Assembly: GCF_964355755.1 (NCBI RefSeq)
Contig: NC_092679.1
Location: 15,793,432 to 15,857,431 of the forward strand
Length of the DNA: 64,000 bases
From: Antedon mediterranea
Taxonomy: Eukaryota; Animalia; Echinodermata
Direction: 5' to 3'
Below, in pieces: positions 1 through 9,935 of the stretch. The notes under the pieces are model-generated. The model was not told where the DNA came from, ran no database searches, and saw nothing but the letters and a program-made list of their open reading frames with translations. How positions within the stretch are numbered: the first letter of the stretch is position 1; every line of letters begins with the position of its first letter. A program made the position numbers and the translations under genes.

Positions 1-364
1 ACATGAACTGTACATTTGATTTAATGTTGTTAATGTTTCTTATCAATATTTTACTGGTAAGCTGAAATAAATAATCATTACATTACCTAAAGGAAGCAAA
101 TAGGAGTCTAAATAAATGATTGTTGGTGGCCTCACTTGCAACATTGGCATAATATGCCTAGAAGATACTAACGCTTTTAGATATAGACCTATTGCTGCGG
201 AAGCCTTTTTCACGGTTGTTTCAAGAGTCAAACTAAATGATATTTCTTGTCTATTATGGGTTTTATGACAATCTATTTTTGTCTATTTTTCATTTTCAGG
301 GGAACATTCTTTTACGGATTCTCTACTCGATAATAAATATTTAATCTAAAATAAGCGTGGTACT

Positions 365-600
365 TATTTTATTTTATTTATTTTAACCACATTTAATGAG
401 GGTGATCCATCCAGCATTTGCTGATCATTTGGGACCGGCCCTCAGAACAGTTGCAATATACAAAATACAGCAAAAACAGAAAAGTAAAAGAAAAACAAAA
501 ACCAAAAAATAATTAATTACATAAGACTAAAGAAAATTTGAAATATAGAAAATAACTCAAATGTTAAATTAAGCAAAAATATATAATATATATAATAAAT
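365..600 (-). mobile_element. Probable 3' tail of an L2/CR1-clade LINE (or LINE-tailed SINE)
   Basis: Minus strand reads a T-rich tract, then ctgagggccggtcccaaatgatcagcaaatgctggatggatcaccctca (stem-loop), then AATAAA-type repeats; this resembles L2-clade 3' ends. No ORF. Confidence 0.35.
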
Positions 601-808
601 ATTTGTAGGCCTTAACTGTTGTTGTGTATCCGGTAAAGGTATCCATAGCAATTATTACTAATTAATCACTTATTACAAATGATAAAGTTAATAATCAGCT
701 AATCTAACACTTTACGTAAACCAAAGGTCTCTCCAACGCCCGTCGATAGTCTATATTCATATTCAAGTTTCCAGTTGTTTTTAGCGAGTGTAAAACTACA
801 CTTAAATT

Positions 809-3001
809 ATGGGTAAACGACGAAGAAGCAGCAGCGATATCTCAGACGATGAATCAGAAAAAGGAGCTAAGTATTATGGTGAACCTAAAACCTTCGATCC
901 GAATTTCAATGGTCCAATTTCAAACAGAGGTTGTACAGATGTAATCTGTTGCTTGATTTTTATTCTGTTCGTTACTGGGCTAGGAGTGATCGGTGGCATA
1001 GGTTTCAAGAGAGGTAATGTACAGACACTCATTTACCAAACAGACTATCTTAACCAGGTGTGTGGTATATCAGAAGCAGTTGCTGACAAACCGTATCTTT
1101 TCTTCTTCGATTATTTGGAGTGTTTGGAAGAGGCCAAACCCCCGACGTTTGACTGTCCGAGTTCAGGACAAGTTTGCGTCGAAAAATGCCCAACGGAAAA
1201 CTATGCTATAAACGTTAAGTATTATGATAAGCTGGATGATGCGGCGCCTACTGGAGTTGACTGGGACGATTTCATTTGTGAATATGACATAGACGCAGAA
1301 GATGAAGTGATAAACAGAGGTTCCAACATTCAAGTCCTCTTAAATACAAAAAAATGTGCAAACTATTACACAAATAGTGATCCATTACTTAATCGATGTT
1401 TTCCGATTTTTTTGAAATCTGAAGAGTGGGAAGGAAATGATACAACACCAAATAACCAAAATATTACAGAGGATGCTCGTGATAATGCTTTGGAAATGTT
1501 TGACTTTTATCAAAGATATGAACGTTTTAACAGCACAGTCGAAAATTTAAAAGAAACACTGCCTTATATGATTGTTGGAATAACAATATCTATGGTCGCT
1601 TCTTTTATTTACATCATACTAATTCGCTGGCTTGCTGCCATTATGGTATGGAGCAGCATCATACTTGTCTATGCACTCTTGGTCTTTGCAACTTACTTTT
1701 GCTGGAAAGAACGAAACTGCATCAACAATAAAGAAAAAGATTGCACTTCGAATTCATTTGCAATTGATGGCTACGATGAGATTACGAGTTATGCTAAAAT
1801 GGAGCAAACTTGGTATATAGCGGCCATTGTTCTGAGTGTAATTACAGGAATTATGACATTGGTTATGTTAATTTTAATCAAACGTATTCGCATTGCAATC
1901 GCGTTGATCAAAGAGGCGAGTAGAGCAGTTTCATCAATGCTCTGTTCTCTTCTGTGGCCAATTATCCCGTTTGTAATGCAACTCGCCTTCCTGACATACT
2001 GGTGCTTCAGCGTTGTCTTTATAGCGTCTATTGCAAATTCACCTTACCAGATAAACACAACAGATGACAACTATACAGCGGGAGAAAGCTGTGATCCAAC
2101 TAAAGTTTATGAAACAACTGAATGTGTCCTGGTTGCTGAAGACCTCGTTCCAAATTATGTTTACTGGTTCCTTGCATACAGTCTAGTAGGGCTATTTTGG
2201 ATCCTGAATTTCATAAGTGCTCTTGGAGAAACAACATTGGCGGGAGCATTCGCAAGTTATTATTGGGCGTTTACTAAACCAGATGACATCAAATCGCTCC
2301 CATTACTTCGATCTTTCTGGAGATGCATTCGTTATCATGTTGGATCGCTCGCTTTTGGTTCGCTTGTCATAGCAATCATCCAGCTGATTCGTGTAGGCAT
2401 AGAGTATGTTGAACGAAACGTCAGCAATGCAGAAAATGTCTTCACCAAGTTTGTTTTTAAATGCTGTAAATGCTGCTTCTGGTGCTTAGAAAAGTTCATG
2501 CGATTTCTCAACCGGAACGCGTATATCGAAATTGCCGTGTACGGTAAGAGTTTCTGTACATCGGCAAAAAATGCCTTCTTTCTTCTCATGAGAAATATTG
2601 CTAGAGTCGCTGTCCTTAACGGAATTACCAGCTTCATGTTATTTATCGGTAAAATGGTGATAACTTTGGGTACAGCATACGGGGCAGCGTTATACTTTAA
2701 TAACTACTGGGACAAATCTCTCTCTAATGATGAGATTAAATTTATTCCAGAATTGAATTATTTTTGGGCGCCAATCTTGTTCATGACATTGGCTGCGTAC
2801 ATCGTTGCAGACAGCTTCTTTGGAGTCTACGACATGGCGATTGACACGTTGTTCCTCTGTTTCCTTGAGGATTTAGAACGTAATGATGGGACACCAGTTA
2901 AACCGTACTATATGTCTAAACAGTTGATGGACATTCTCGGTATAAAGAACAAGAAAAAAAAGAAGCAAAAGGACAAAAAAGAGAAAAAGAATAAGAAATA
3001 G
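809..3001 (+). CDS. SLC44A2: Choline transporter-like protein (SLC44A2/4/5 subfamily), copy 1, intronless, most canonical
   Basis: 730-aa ORF with CTL hallmarks: FNGPISNRGCTDVICC, Cys-rich ectodomain (QVCVEKCP), LAGAFASYYW, RYHVGSLAFGSL, CCFWCLEKFMRFLNRNAYI, DTLFLCFLEDLERNDG..KPYYMS; about 10 hydrophobic segments. Exact vertebrate orthology not resolvable. Confidence 0.95.
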   Translation: MGKRRRSSSDISDDESEKGAKYYGEPKTFDPNFNGPISNRGCTDVICCLIFILFVTGLGVIGGIGFKRGNVQTLIYQTDYLNQVCGISEAVADKPYLFFFDYLECLEEAKPPTFDCPSSGQVCVEKCPTENYAINVKYYDKLDDAAPTGVDWDDFICEYDIDAEDEVINRGSNIQVLLNTKKCANYYTNSDPLLNRCFPIFLKSEEWEGNDTTPNNQNITEDARDNALEMFDFYQRYERFNSTVENLKETLPYMIVGITISMVASFIYIILIRWLAAIMVWSSIILVYALLVFATYFCWKERNCINNKEKDCTSNSFAIDGYDEITSYAKMEQTWYIAAIVLSVITGIMTLVMLILIKRIRIAIALIKEASRAVSSMLCSLLWPIIPFVMQLAFLTYWCFSVVFIASIANSPYQINTTDDNYTAGESCDPTKVYETTECVLVAEDLVPNYVYWFLAYSLVGLFWILNFISALGETTLAGAFASYYWAFTKPDDIKSLPLLRSFWRCIRYHVGSLAFGSLVIAIIQLIRVGIEYVERNVSNAENVFTKFVFKCCKCCFWCLEKFMRFLNRNAYIEIAVYGKSFCTSAKNAFFLLMRNIARVAVLNGITSFMLFIGKMVITLGTAYGAALYFNNYWDKSLSNDEIKFIPELNYFWAPILFMTLAAYIVADSFFGVYDMAIDTLFLCFLEDLERNDGTPVKPYYMSKQLMDILGIKNKKKKKQKDKKEKKNKK

Positions 3002-3248
3002 TTGTTTTGATTTACATTCGCCAAAGCACTGCATGTAAATTATTGCTTAATATTTGTTTGTGGTGACATGTGTGTATTTTGTAGCTTAAGATGTTTCTAT
3101 TATTTTTTAGACCACAAACATAAGTCATATTTGCTTTTGACTTGCTTGATTGATTAGTAGTATATACGAAAAGTAAAGAGAGACTTACCAACCACATTCC
3201 ATCTGAGAGACGACAAAAATGAAATGCTAACCGCTACCTTAAGTGTAT

Positions 3249-3364
3249 TCTACAGCTCACTATGTCGGTCGGTTGGTTAGTCGGTCGGTCAGTCGGTTAG
3301 TCGATCGGTTGGTCGGTAAAAACTAACTTGAGCACGCGACTGCAGCCATGTATATGGCCTTGTT
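3249..3364 (+). mobile_element. 5'-truncated mini Helentron-type element (family C, DINE-1-like)
   Basis: (GGTC/GGTT)n microsatellite, subTIR cacgcgact, hairpin gccat-gtat-atggc, end ccttgttt; reverse complement of the copy at 26670-26772. Confidence 0.6.
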
Positions 3365-4963
3365 TGTGTTGATTTTTACTTTGGATGAATCTTGGACCTT
3401 ATCCTGATATTTCAGTTTAAAACATCCAAGTACCATATCGGTCTCTACAATTCCCCCTCTGAACGTTTACTGCCCACTTCTGATTGTTGGTATGGTTGGT
3501 TTGCATAAAAAAGAAATTGTTCTCTTAATGTATCACCGGAACCACATTCCGCCAGGGTTCCACCTTACTTTGGGGTTGTACCTTTCCATTCCAAATTACT
3601 GTAAATAACCATATAAACGTATTTTTTCATCCTTAAGTATGTGTTCTGTTCAATATAATACACAGGTAAAATAAAATATATTACATTATTATTATTACAT
3701 TATGTAGTTTAAATCATAAATCGACAATTCTTTACGAAACAAAAAACACAACAAATTAGCGAAAATAATTGTTGTTTCCTTCGCAAAGAATTTTTAGTTT
3801 ATGAATACTGTATCTAAAACCAGATAAAGGTTTTTAATCATATATCTGTAAATCGTTAACGAATATATATAGGTCTAATACTATGTAATATTTCAGATGA
3901 ATCAATAGCCAAGTTATGGTATTTCAATGTTTAAAACCCGTATAAGAACCTCTTAAAAGATAACAAAATGAAACACTTACCGTACCAAATATAACTTACA
4001 TCACTTAGTTAAATACGATTGACAATACTGTAGGCCCTACTTGCATACTGTACTAACAACATTACAAACTATAAATTTGAACTTAAATTTATGTGCAATT
4101 TTTCTATTTGAAAATGAAATTTCGTCTATAATGATTCTTATTTAATAGTATTTAATGAAAAAGTATAGTTATTCAATGGTATGTAAATAAACTGTGTTAG
4201 GTATAATTGTGTGTTTTACTGTATTTTGAATAGGCATAAAAATCGAAGGCTTCTTTATCAATACTGCATAATATAATGACAGAATATCACATGACTTGTT
4301 GATATTCATGAATGAAATAATATTAAATATTTTAATTGTAAACAATGTTATTGTCATTATTATCGTCTGCTGAGTATTATAGTAAGATACTAGAAAGTAG
4401 CGGTACGCGAATGTATATGCGAATCATGGTACTAAGTACCATACGGATGTCGAGGCAGAGACCGTAAAAACATTTTGTCAAATCTAGCCAGAACCGGTTC
4501 CGAACTTATGCCTTCTTATATCCCAGCCCGATTCCTCAACATTAACAAAATGCCGTCAATTCGGATAGCTTTACGATTTTGCGCTTTAGGTTACTACTAC
4601 ATTCTATTACAGTCTAAACGTGAATATAAATGTTTTTAAGATTCACCACTGTGCGCGTGTCACTGTGGGTATCATTCAGTCCATTGGTTGTCTTTACAAG
4701 TGCAGGTTGAACAAGAACATTGCGCACTCCAGCTCGAGTCGTTTGCTCATTCAATATTGACCTGCGCTTGCGTATATAAACCCAATATTCACTAATAAAA
4801 TTTGGAGTGTGTCGATAATCGTTAGTAGCATCGATTGTCACACACGTAGGCCAACTGATAATGATACTTAGAGACTAACAATAATACCAATTAATCATAT
4901 TGAACTGATAAATAGTTAATATTCTACTATTTAACTACGATATGTACAAACAGTCCGAAGGTC

Positions 4964-4970
4964 TATAAAA
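4964..4970 (+). promoter_or_regulatory. Candidate TATA box of SLC44 copy 2 (paralogous site at 9839-9845 for copy 3)
   Basis: ggtcTATAAAA conserved ~95 bp upstream of both ATGs; the AT-rich background limits specificity. Confidence 0.3.
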
Positions 4971-5057
4971 AAACGTACGTTATATTATATTATTGTTATA
5001 TTTACATTAGAATGTCAGTACATCAATTCTTCCTTGTTGTAACAAAACACAGCAGAT

Positions 5058-7220
5058 ATGAAAAAAAGTGATATTTCAGAAGTTGAATCAGAAAAAGAGT
5101 CGAAATACAACGAGGCATACGATTCAAATGTTACTGGTCCAATTTCAAACAGAGGTTGTACAGATGTAATCTGTTGCTTGATTTTTGTTTTGTTCGTTGC
5201 TGGGCTTGGAGTGATCGGCGGCATAGGTTTCAAGAGAGGTAATGTACAGACACTCATTTACCAAACAGACTATCTTAACCAGGTGTGTGGTATATCAAAA
5301 GCAGTTGCTGACAAACCGTATCTATTCTTCTTCGATTGTTTGGAGTGTTTGAAGGAGGCCAAACCTCCAATGTTCGACTGTCCGAGTTCAGGACTAGTTT
5401 GCGTCGAAAAATGCCCAACGGAAAACTATGCTATAAACGTTAAGTATTATGATAAGCTGGATGATGCGACGCCTACTGAGGTTGACTGGAACGATTTTAT
5501 TTGTGAATATGACATAGACGCAAATAATGAAGTGATGAACAGAGGTTCCACCATTCAAGTCCTCTTAAATACAAAGAAATGTGCAAACTATTATACAAAA
5601 AGTAAACCACGGTTTAATCGCTGTTTTCCGAGTTTCATAACATCTGAAGAGTGGGCAGGAAATGAAACAACACCAAATAACCAAACTATTACAGATGATG
5701 CTCTTAATAATGCTTTAGAAATAGTTAACTTTTATCAAAGGTATGAACGTTTTAACAGCACAGTCGAAGATTTAAAAAAAACACTGCCTTATATGATTGT
5801 TGGAATAACAATATCTATGTTTGCTTCTTTGATTTACATCATACTAATGCGCTGGCTTGCTGCCATTATGGTATGGAGCAGCATCATACTTGTCTATGCA
5901 CTCTTTGTCTTTGCAACTTACTTTTGTTGGAAAGAACGAAACTGCATCAAAAATAAAGAAAAAGGTTGCATTTCGAGTTCATTTGCAATTAATGGCTACG
6001 ATGAGATTACGAGTTATGCTAAAATGGAGCAAACTTGGTATATAATGGCCATTGGCTTGAGTGTAATTACAGGAACTATGACGTTGGCGGTAATATTTCT
6101 AATCAATCGCATTCCAATTGCAATTCTCGGAATCAACGAGGCGATTAGAGCAGTTTCATCAATGCCCTGTTCCCTTCTGTGGCCAATTATTCCGTTTGTA
6201 ATGCAACTCGCCTTCCTGACATACTGGTGCTTCAGTGTTGTCTTTATAGCGTCTATTGCAAATTCACCTTACCAGATAAACGCAACAGATGACAACTATA
6301 CAGCGGGAGAAAGCTGTGATCCAACTAAAGTTTACAAAACGACTGAATGTGTCTTGGTTGCTGAAGACCTCGTTCCAAATTATGTTTCCTGGTTTCTTGC
6401 ATACAGTCTAGTAGGGCTATTTTGGATCCTGAATTTCATAAGTGCTATTGGAGAAACAACATTGGCGGGAGCATTCGCAGGTTATTATTGGGAGTTTACT
6501 AAACCAGATGACATCAAATCGCTCCCATACCTTCGATCTTTCTGGAGATGCATTCGTTATCATATTGGATCACTAGCTTTTGGTTCGCTTGTCATAGCAA
6601 TCCTCCAGCTGATTCGTAGATGCATAGAATATGTAGCACAATCTGCAAACATTTCAAGAAACAATGCCTTCAAAAAGTTTATTTGTACGTGCCATTTTGA
6701 GATTTTGAATCACAACGCGTACATCCACATTTCTGTACATGGTGAAAGCTTCTGTACATCAGCAAGAAACGCCTTCAATCTTCTTCTAAAAAACATCAGC
6801 ACAGACGTCATCCTCGGAGGAATTCACTGGTTAGTATTTTTTTTCGGTAAAATGGTAATAACTCTTTGCACGGTCTACGGGGCAACGGTATATTTCGGCA
6901 AGTACTGGGACAAATCTTCTGTATTTATTAGTGAATTGAACTATTTTTGGGCGCCAATCTTGTTCATGGCAATGGCTGCGTACCTGGTTGCAGACAGCTT
7001 CTTCGGGGTTTACGGAATGGCAATTGACACGTTGTTCCTTTGTTACCTGGAAGATCTAGAAGCTAGCGGTGATGAGAAAACAGCAAAAAGACCGAATTCC
7101 AACCACATGTTAGACATTCTCGAATCAAAGGTAAAATGCTGCTCTAATAAAATTTCGCCCAATACGATGAAATTGAAACCACCTAACAATACAACAGCAT
7201 TGAACACATTTCTAATATAG
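5058..7220 (+). CDS. SLC44A2: SLC44A2-like choline transporter, copy 2, intronless, divergent C-terminal third
   Basis: 720-aa ORF, near-identical to copy 1 in the N-terminal two-thirds; in-frame deletions near 6690-6710 and a 1-nt deletion near 7208 relative to copy 3. Confidence 0.9.
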   Translation: MKKSDISEVESEKESKYNEAYDSNVTGPISNRGCTDVICCLIFVLFVAGLGVIGGIGFKRGNVQTLIYQTDYLNQVCGISKAVADKPYLFFFDCLECLKEAKPPMFDCPSSGLVCVEKCPTENYAINVKYYDKLDDATPTEVDWNDFICEYDIDANNEVMNRGSTIQVLLNTKKCANYYTKSKPRFNRCFPSFITSEEWAGNETTPNNQTITDDALNNALEIVNFYQRYERFNSTVEDLKKTLPYMIVGITISMFASLIYIILMRWLAAIMVWSSIILVYALFVFATYFCWKERNCIKNKEKGCISSSFAINGYDEITSYAKMEQTWYIMAIGLSVITGTMTLAVIFLINRIPIAILGINEAIRAVSSMPCSLLWPIIPFVMQLAFLTYWCFSVVFIASIANSPYQINATDDNYTAGESCDPTKVYKTTECVLVAEDLVPNYVSWFLAYSLVGLFWILNFISAIGETTLAGAFAGYYWEFTKPDDIKSLPYLRSFWRCIRYHIGSLAFGSLVIAILQLIRRCIEYVAQSANISRNNAFKKFICTCHFEILNHNAYIHISVHGESFCTSARNAFNLLLKNISTDVILGGIHWLVFFFGKMVITLCTVYGATVYFGKYWDKSSVFISELNYFWAPILFMAMAAYLVADSFFGVYGMAIDTLFLCYLEDLEASGDEKTAKRPNSNHMLDILESKVKCCSNKISPNTMKLKPPNNTTALNTFLI

Positions 7221-9935
7221 ACGAGACTGATACTAGGATTGATGGTAGCTAAATAAGGTCATCCAAGACACCCGCAGAAGATGAGGCTTACATTTTTTTT
7301 TTAGAAACAAAAACATAAGATCGACATAATACTGTAAAATAATGGTCACTCGAAAGTTCATTTAGTCTTCAAAACAAAAATCTAAATATATTGTTTATTT
7401 TAAATTTGTTTTAGGTAAGATCATCGGATTGTATTGCTGCCTCTTGATAGTGATATTAATCTTATTTACTTAGCAGTCCCTGGATAATTAATCTGATTAA
7501 TTAATCTCTGTATATTTTACATTATGGTTTGGTAGTCAAATAAATGAAAATTAAATAAAATGTTGACAATAAGCAATCATTTTTCTGTGTAAATACTAAG
7601 CAGTTATTATGAAAGATATTTAGGCCTATAATTGACATAACAGTTTGCAATTACTTTATATGATCATTGTTTAAAATGTAATTGTCTAGTCAATGTATAA
7701 CAATTTAGAGAACCTCTTGATGTGCATGCAAGTAATTCCAAAGAGCTGGTTGTTTATATGATAGTTGAGCCATACAGATAATCCAGTTAGTTTGTTTGAT
7801 TTATAAAGTGCGTAAACCATTTTTTTCTGAAGTAATGTTTTGTGTAGTTTTGGGTGTTTCTTTATTTGTCTGTTGTTTGTTTTCTTGTGTATGTGTTTTT
7901 TTATCTTACATGTGAAGAGAAACATTGTGTTTTCTTAAATGTGCAGGATATCTAATAATTTTGAAATCTTAAATCATGTATTGTTATTGTTTTCCATTAT
8001 TGAAATTAATAAATTGTCTTAAAATGAAACAAAATGTGTCACGTACTTTTCTATACTTGGTTAATAGTAATTTACACGAAGACAACGAGTTAGGGTTTAG
8101 ATCATCCATGATGTTTGAGCGGGCAAGCACCCTGTATATTATCTCGATGACTATTACAAATTTACAAACCAACCTTCTACTAATCAAAGTGAAGTCCGTT
8201 AATTGTTATACAGTGGCTATTTTTCTAACTTTTCTCTAACAATGTGCTGTAGGCCTATGTATATTGAAAGTAAAACAGGAAATGGCAAAATTAGAAAATG
8301 AGAAGGCGACTTAGTTTTAAAGGCTGTCAAATTGAGGATTCCACAACGTTCGTTCTGCCCCAGAAAATCTCTCCGCGAACTGACATGTGAATGTAAGTAG
8401 CCTTAATAAAAGAATGAGAACATAATTAAGACGGCATGGCCGGTAGTATTCTCATGTACCTGTACGATTGCTTACCATTGTAAAATGAAATAATAATTGT
8501 AATGAAGAATTACACGTAAGTGAACTTGTCATTAATATAACAATACAAACATCTCATGCAATTAACAGTATTTTTCCATCCTTAAGTATGTGTTCTGTTC
8601 AATATAATACACACGTAAAATAAAAATATATTATATTATTATTATATCTGTAGTTTAAATCATAAATCGACAATTCTTTACGAAAAAGCAAATAGCAAAA
8701 ATAACCTTTCCGAGAGTTTCGCTAATTTTTGTTTCTTTCGCAAAGAATTTTCAATTTATAAATACTGAACCTAAAACCAGATGAAGGTTTTTAATCCTAT
8801 ATATGTAAATCGTAATAATATAATATCGTATAATATTACCTAATACTAGGTAATATTTAAGATAAATCAATAACCAAGTTATGGTATTTCAATGTTTAAA
8901 ACCCGTATAAGAACCTCTTAAAAGATAACAAAATGAAACACCAAATATAATTTACATCACTAGTTAAATATGGTTGTCAATACTGTAGGCCCTACTTGCA
9001 TACTGTACTAACAATAACATTAAAAACTATCAATCTGAACTTAAATTTATGTGTGATTTTTCTATTTGAAAATGAAATTTCGTCTATAATGAGTAGTGAT
9101 TCAATATTGTATGTAAATAAACTGTGTTAGGCCTAATTGTGTGTTTTACTGTATTTTTAATAGGCCTAAAAATTGAAGGCTTCTTTATCAATAATGCATA
9201 ATAATTACAAAATATCACATTAATGAATGAAATAATATTAAATCATTTTAAATATTTTAATTGTAACGTATTTCATTGTCATTATTATATATATATATAT
9301 TATTATATATTATCGTCTTTGTTGAGTATTATAGTAAGATAGTAGAAAGTAACGATACGCGAATGTATATGCGAATCATGGTACAAAGTTTGTTGGAAAT
9401 TACAATACGGATGTCGAGGCAGGGACCGAAAAAACATTTTGCTAAATCTAGCCAGAACCGTTTCCGAACGTATGCCTTCTTATATATCCCAGCCCGATTC
9501 CTCGACGTTAACAAAATGCCGTCAATTCGATTTTGCGCATTCTAAACTTGAATATAACTGTCACTGTGGGTATCATTCAGTCCATTGGTTGTCTTTACAA
9601 CAAGTGCAGGTTGTGTTATCTAGTTGTTTGCTCATTCAATTGATCTGCGCTTGCGTATATAAAACCAATATTCACTAACAAAGTTTGGAGTGTGTCGATA
9701 ATGTGCAGTAGTATCGATTGTCACACACGTAGGCCAACTGATAATGATACTTAGAGAACAATGATACCAATTAATCATATTGAACTGATACATAGTTAAT
9801 ATTCTTCTATTTAACTATGTACAAACAGTCCGAAGGTCTATAAAAAAAAAACTTGCGTTATATTATATTATTTTTATATTTACATTAGAATGCCAGTACA
9901 TCAATTCTTCCTTGTTGTAACAAAACACAGCAGAT

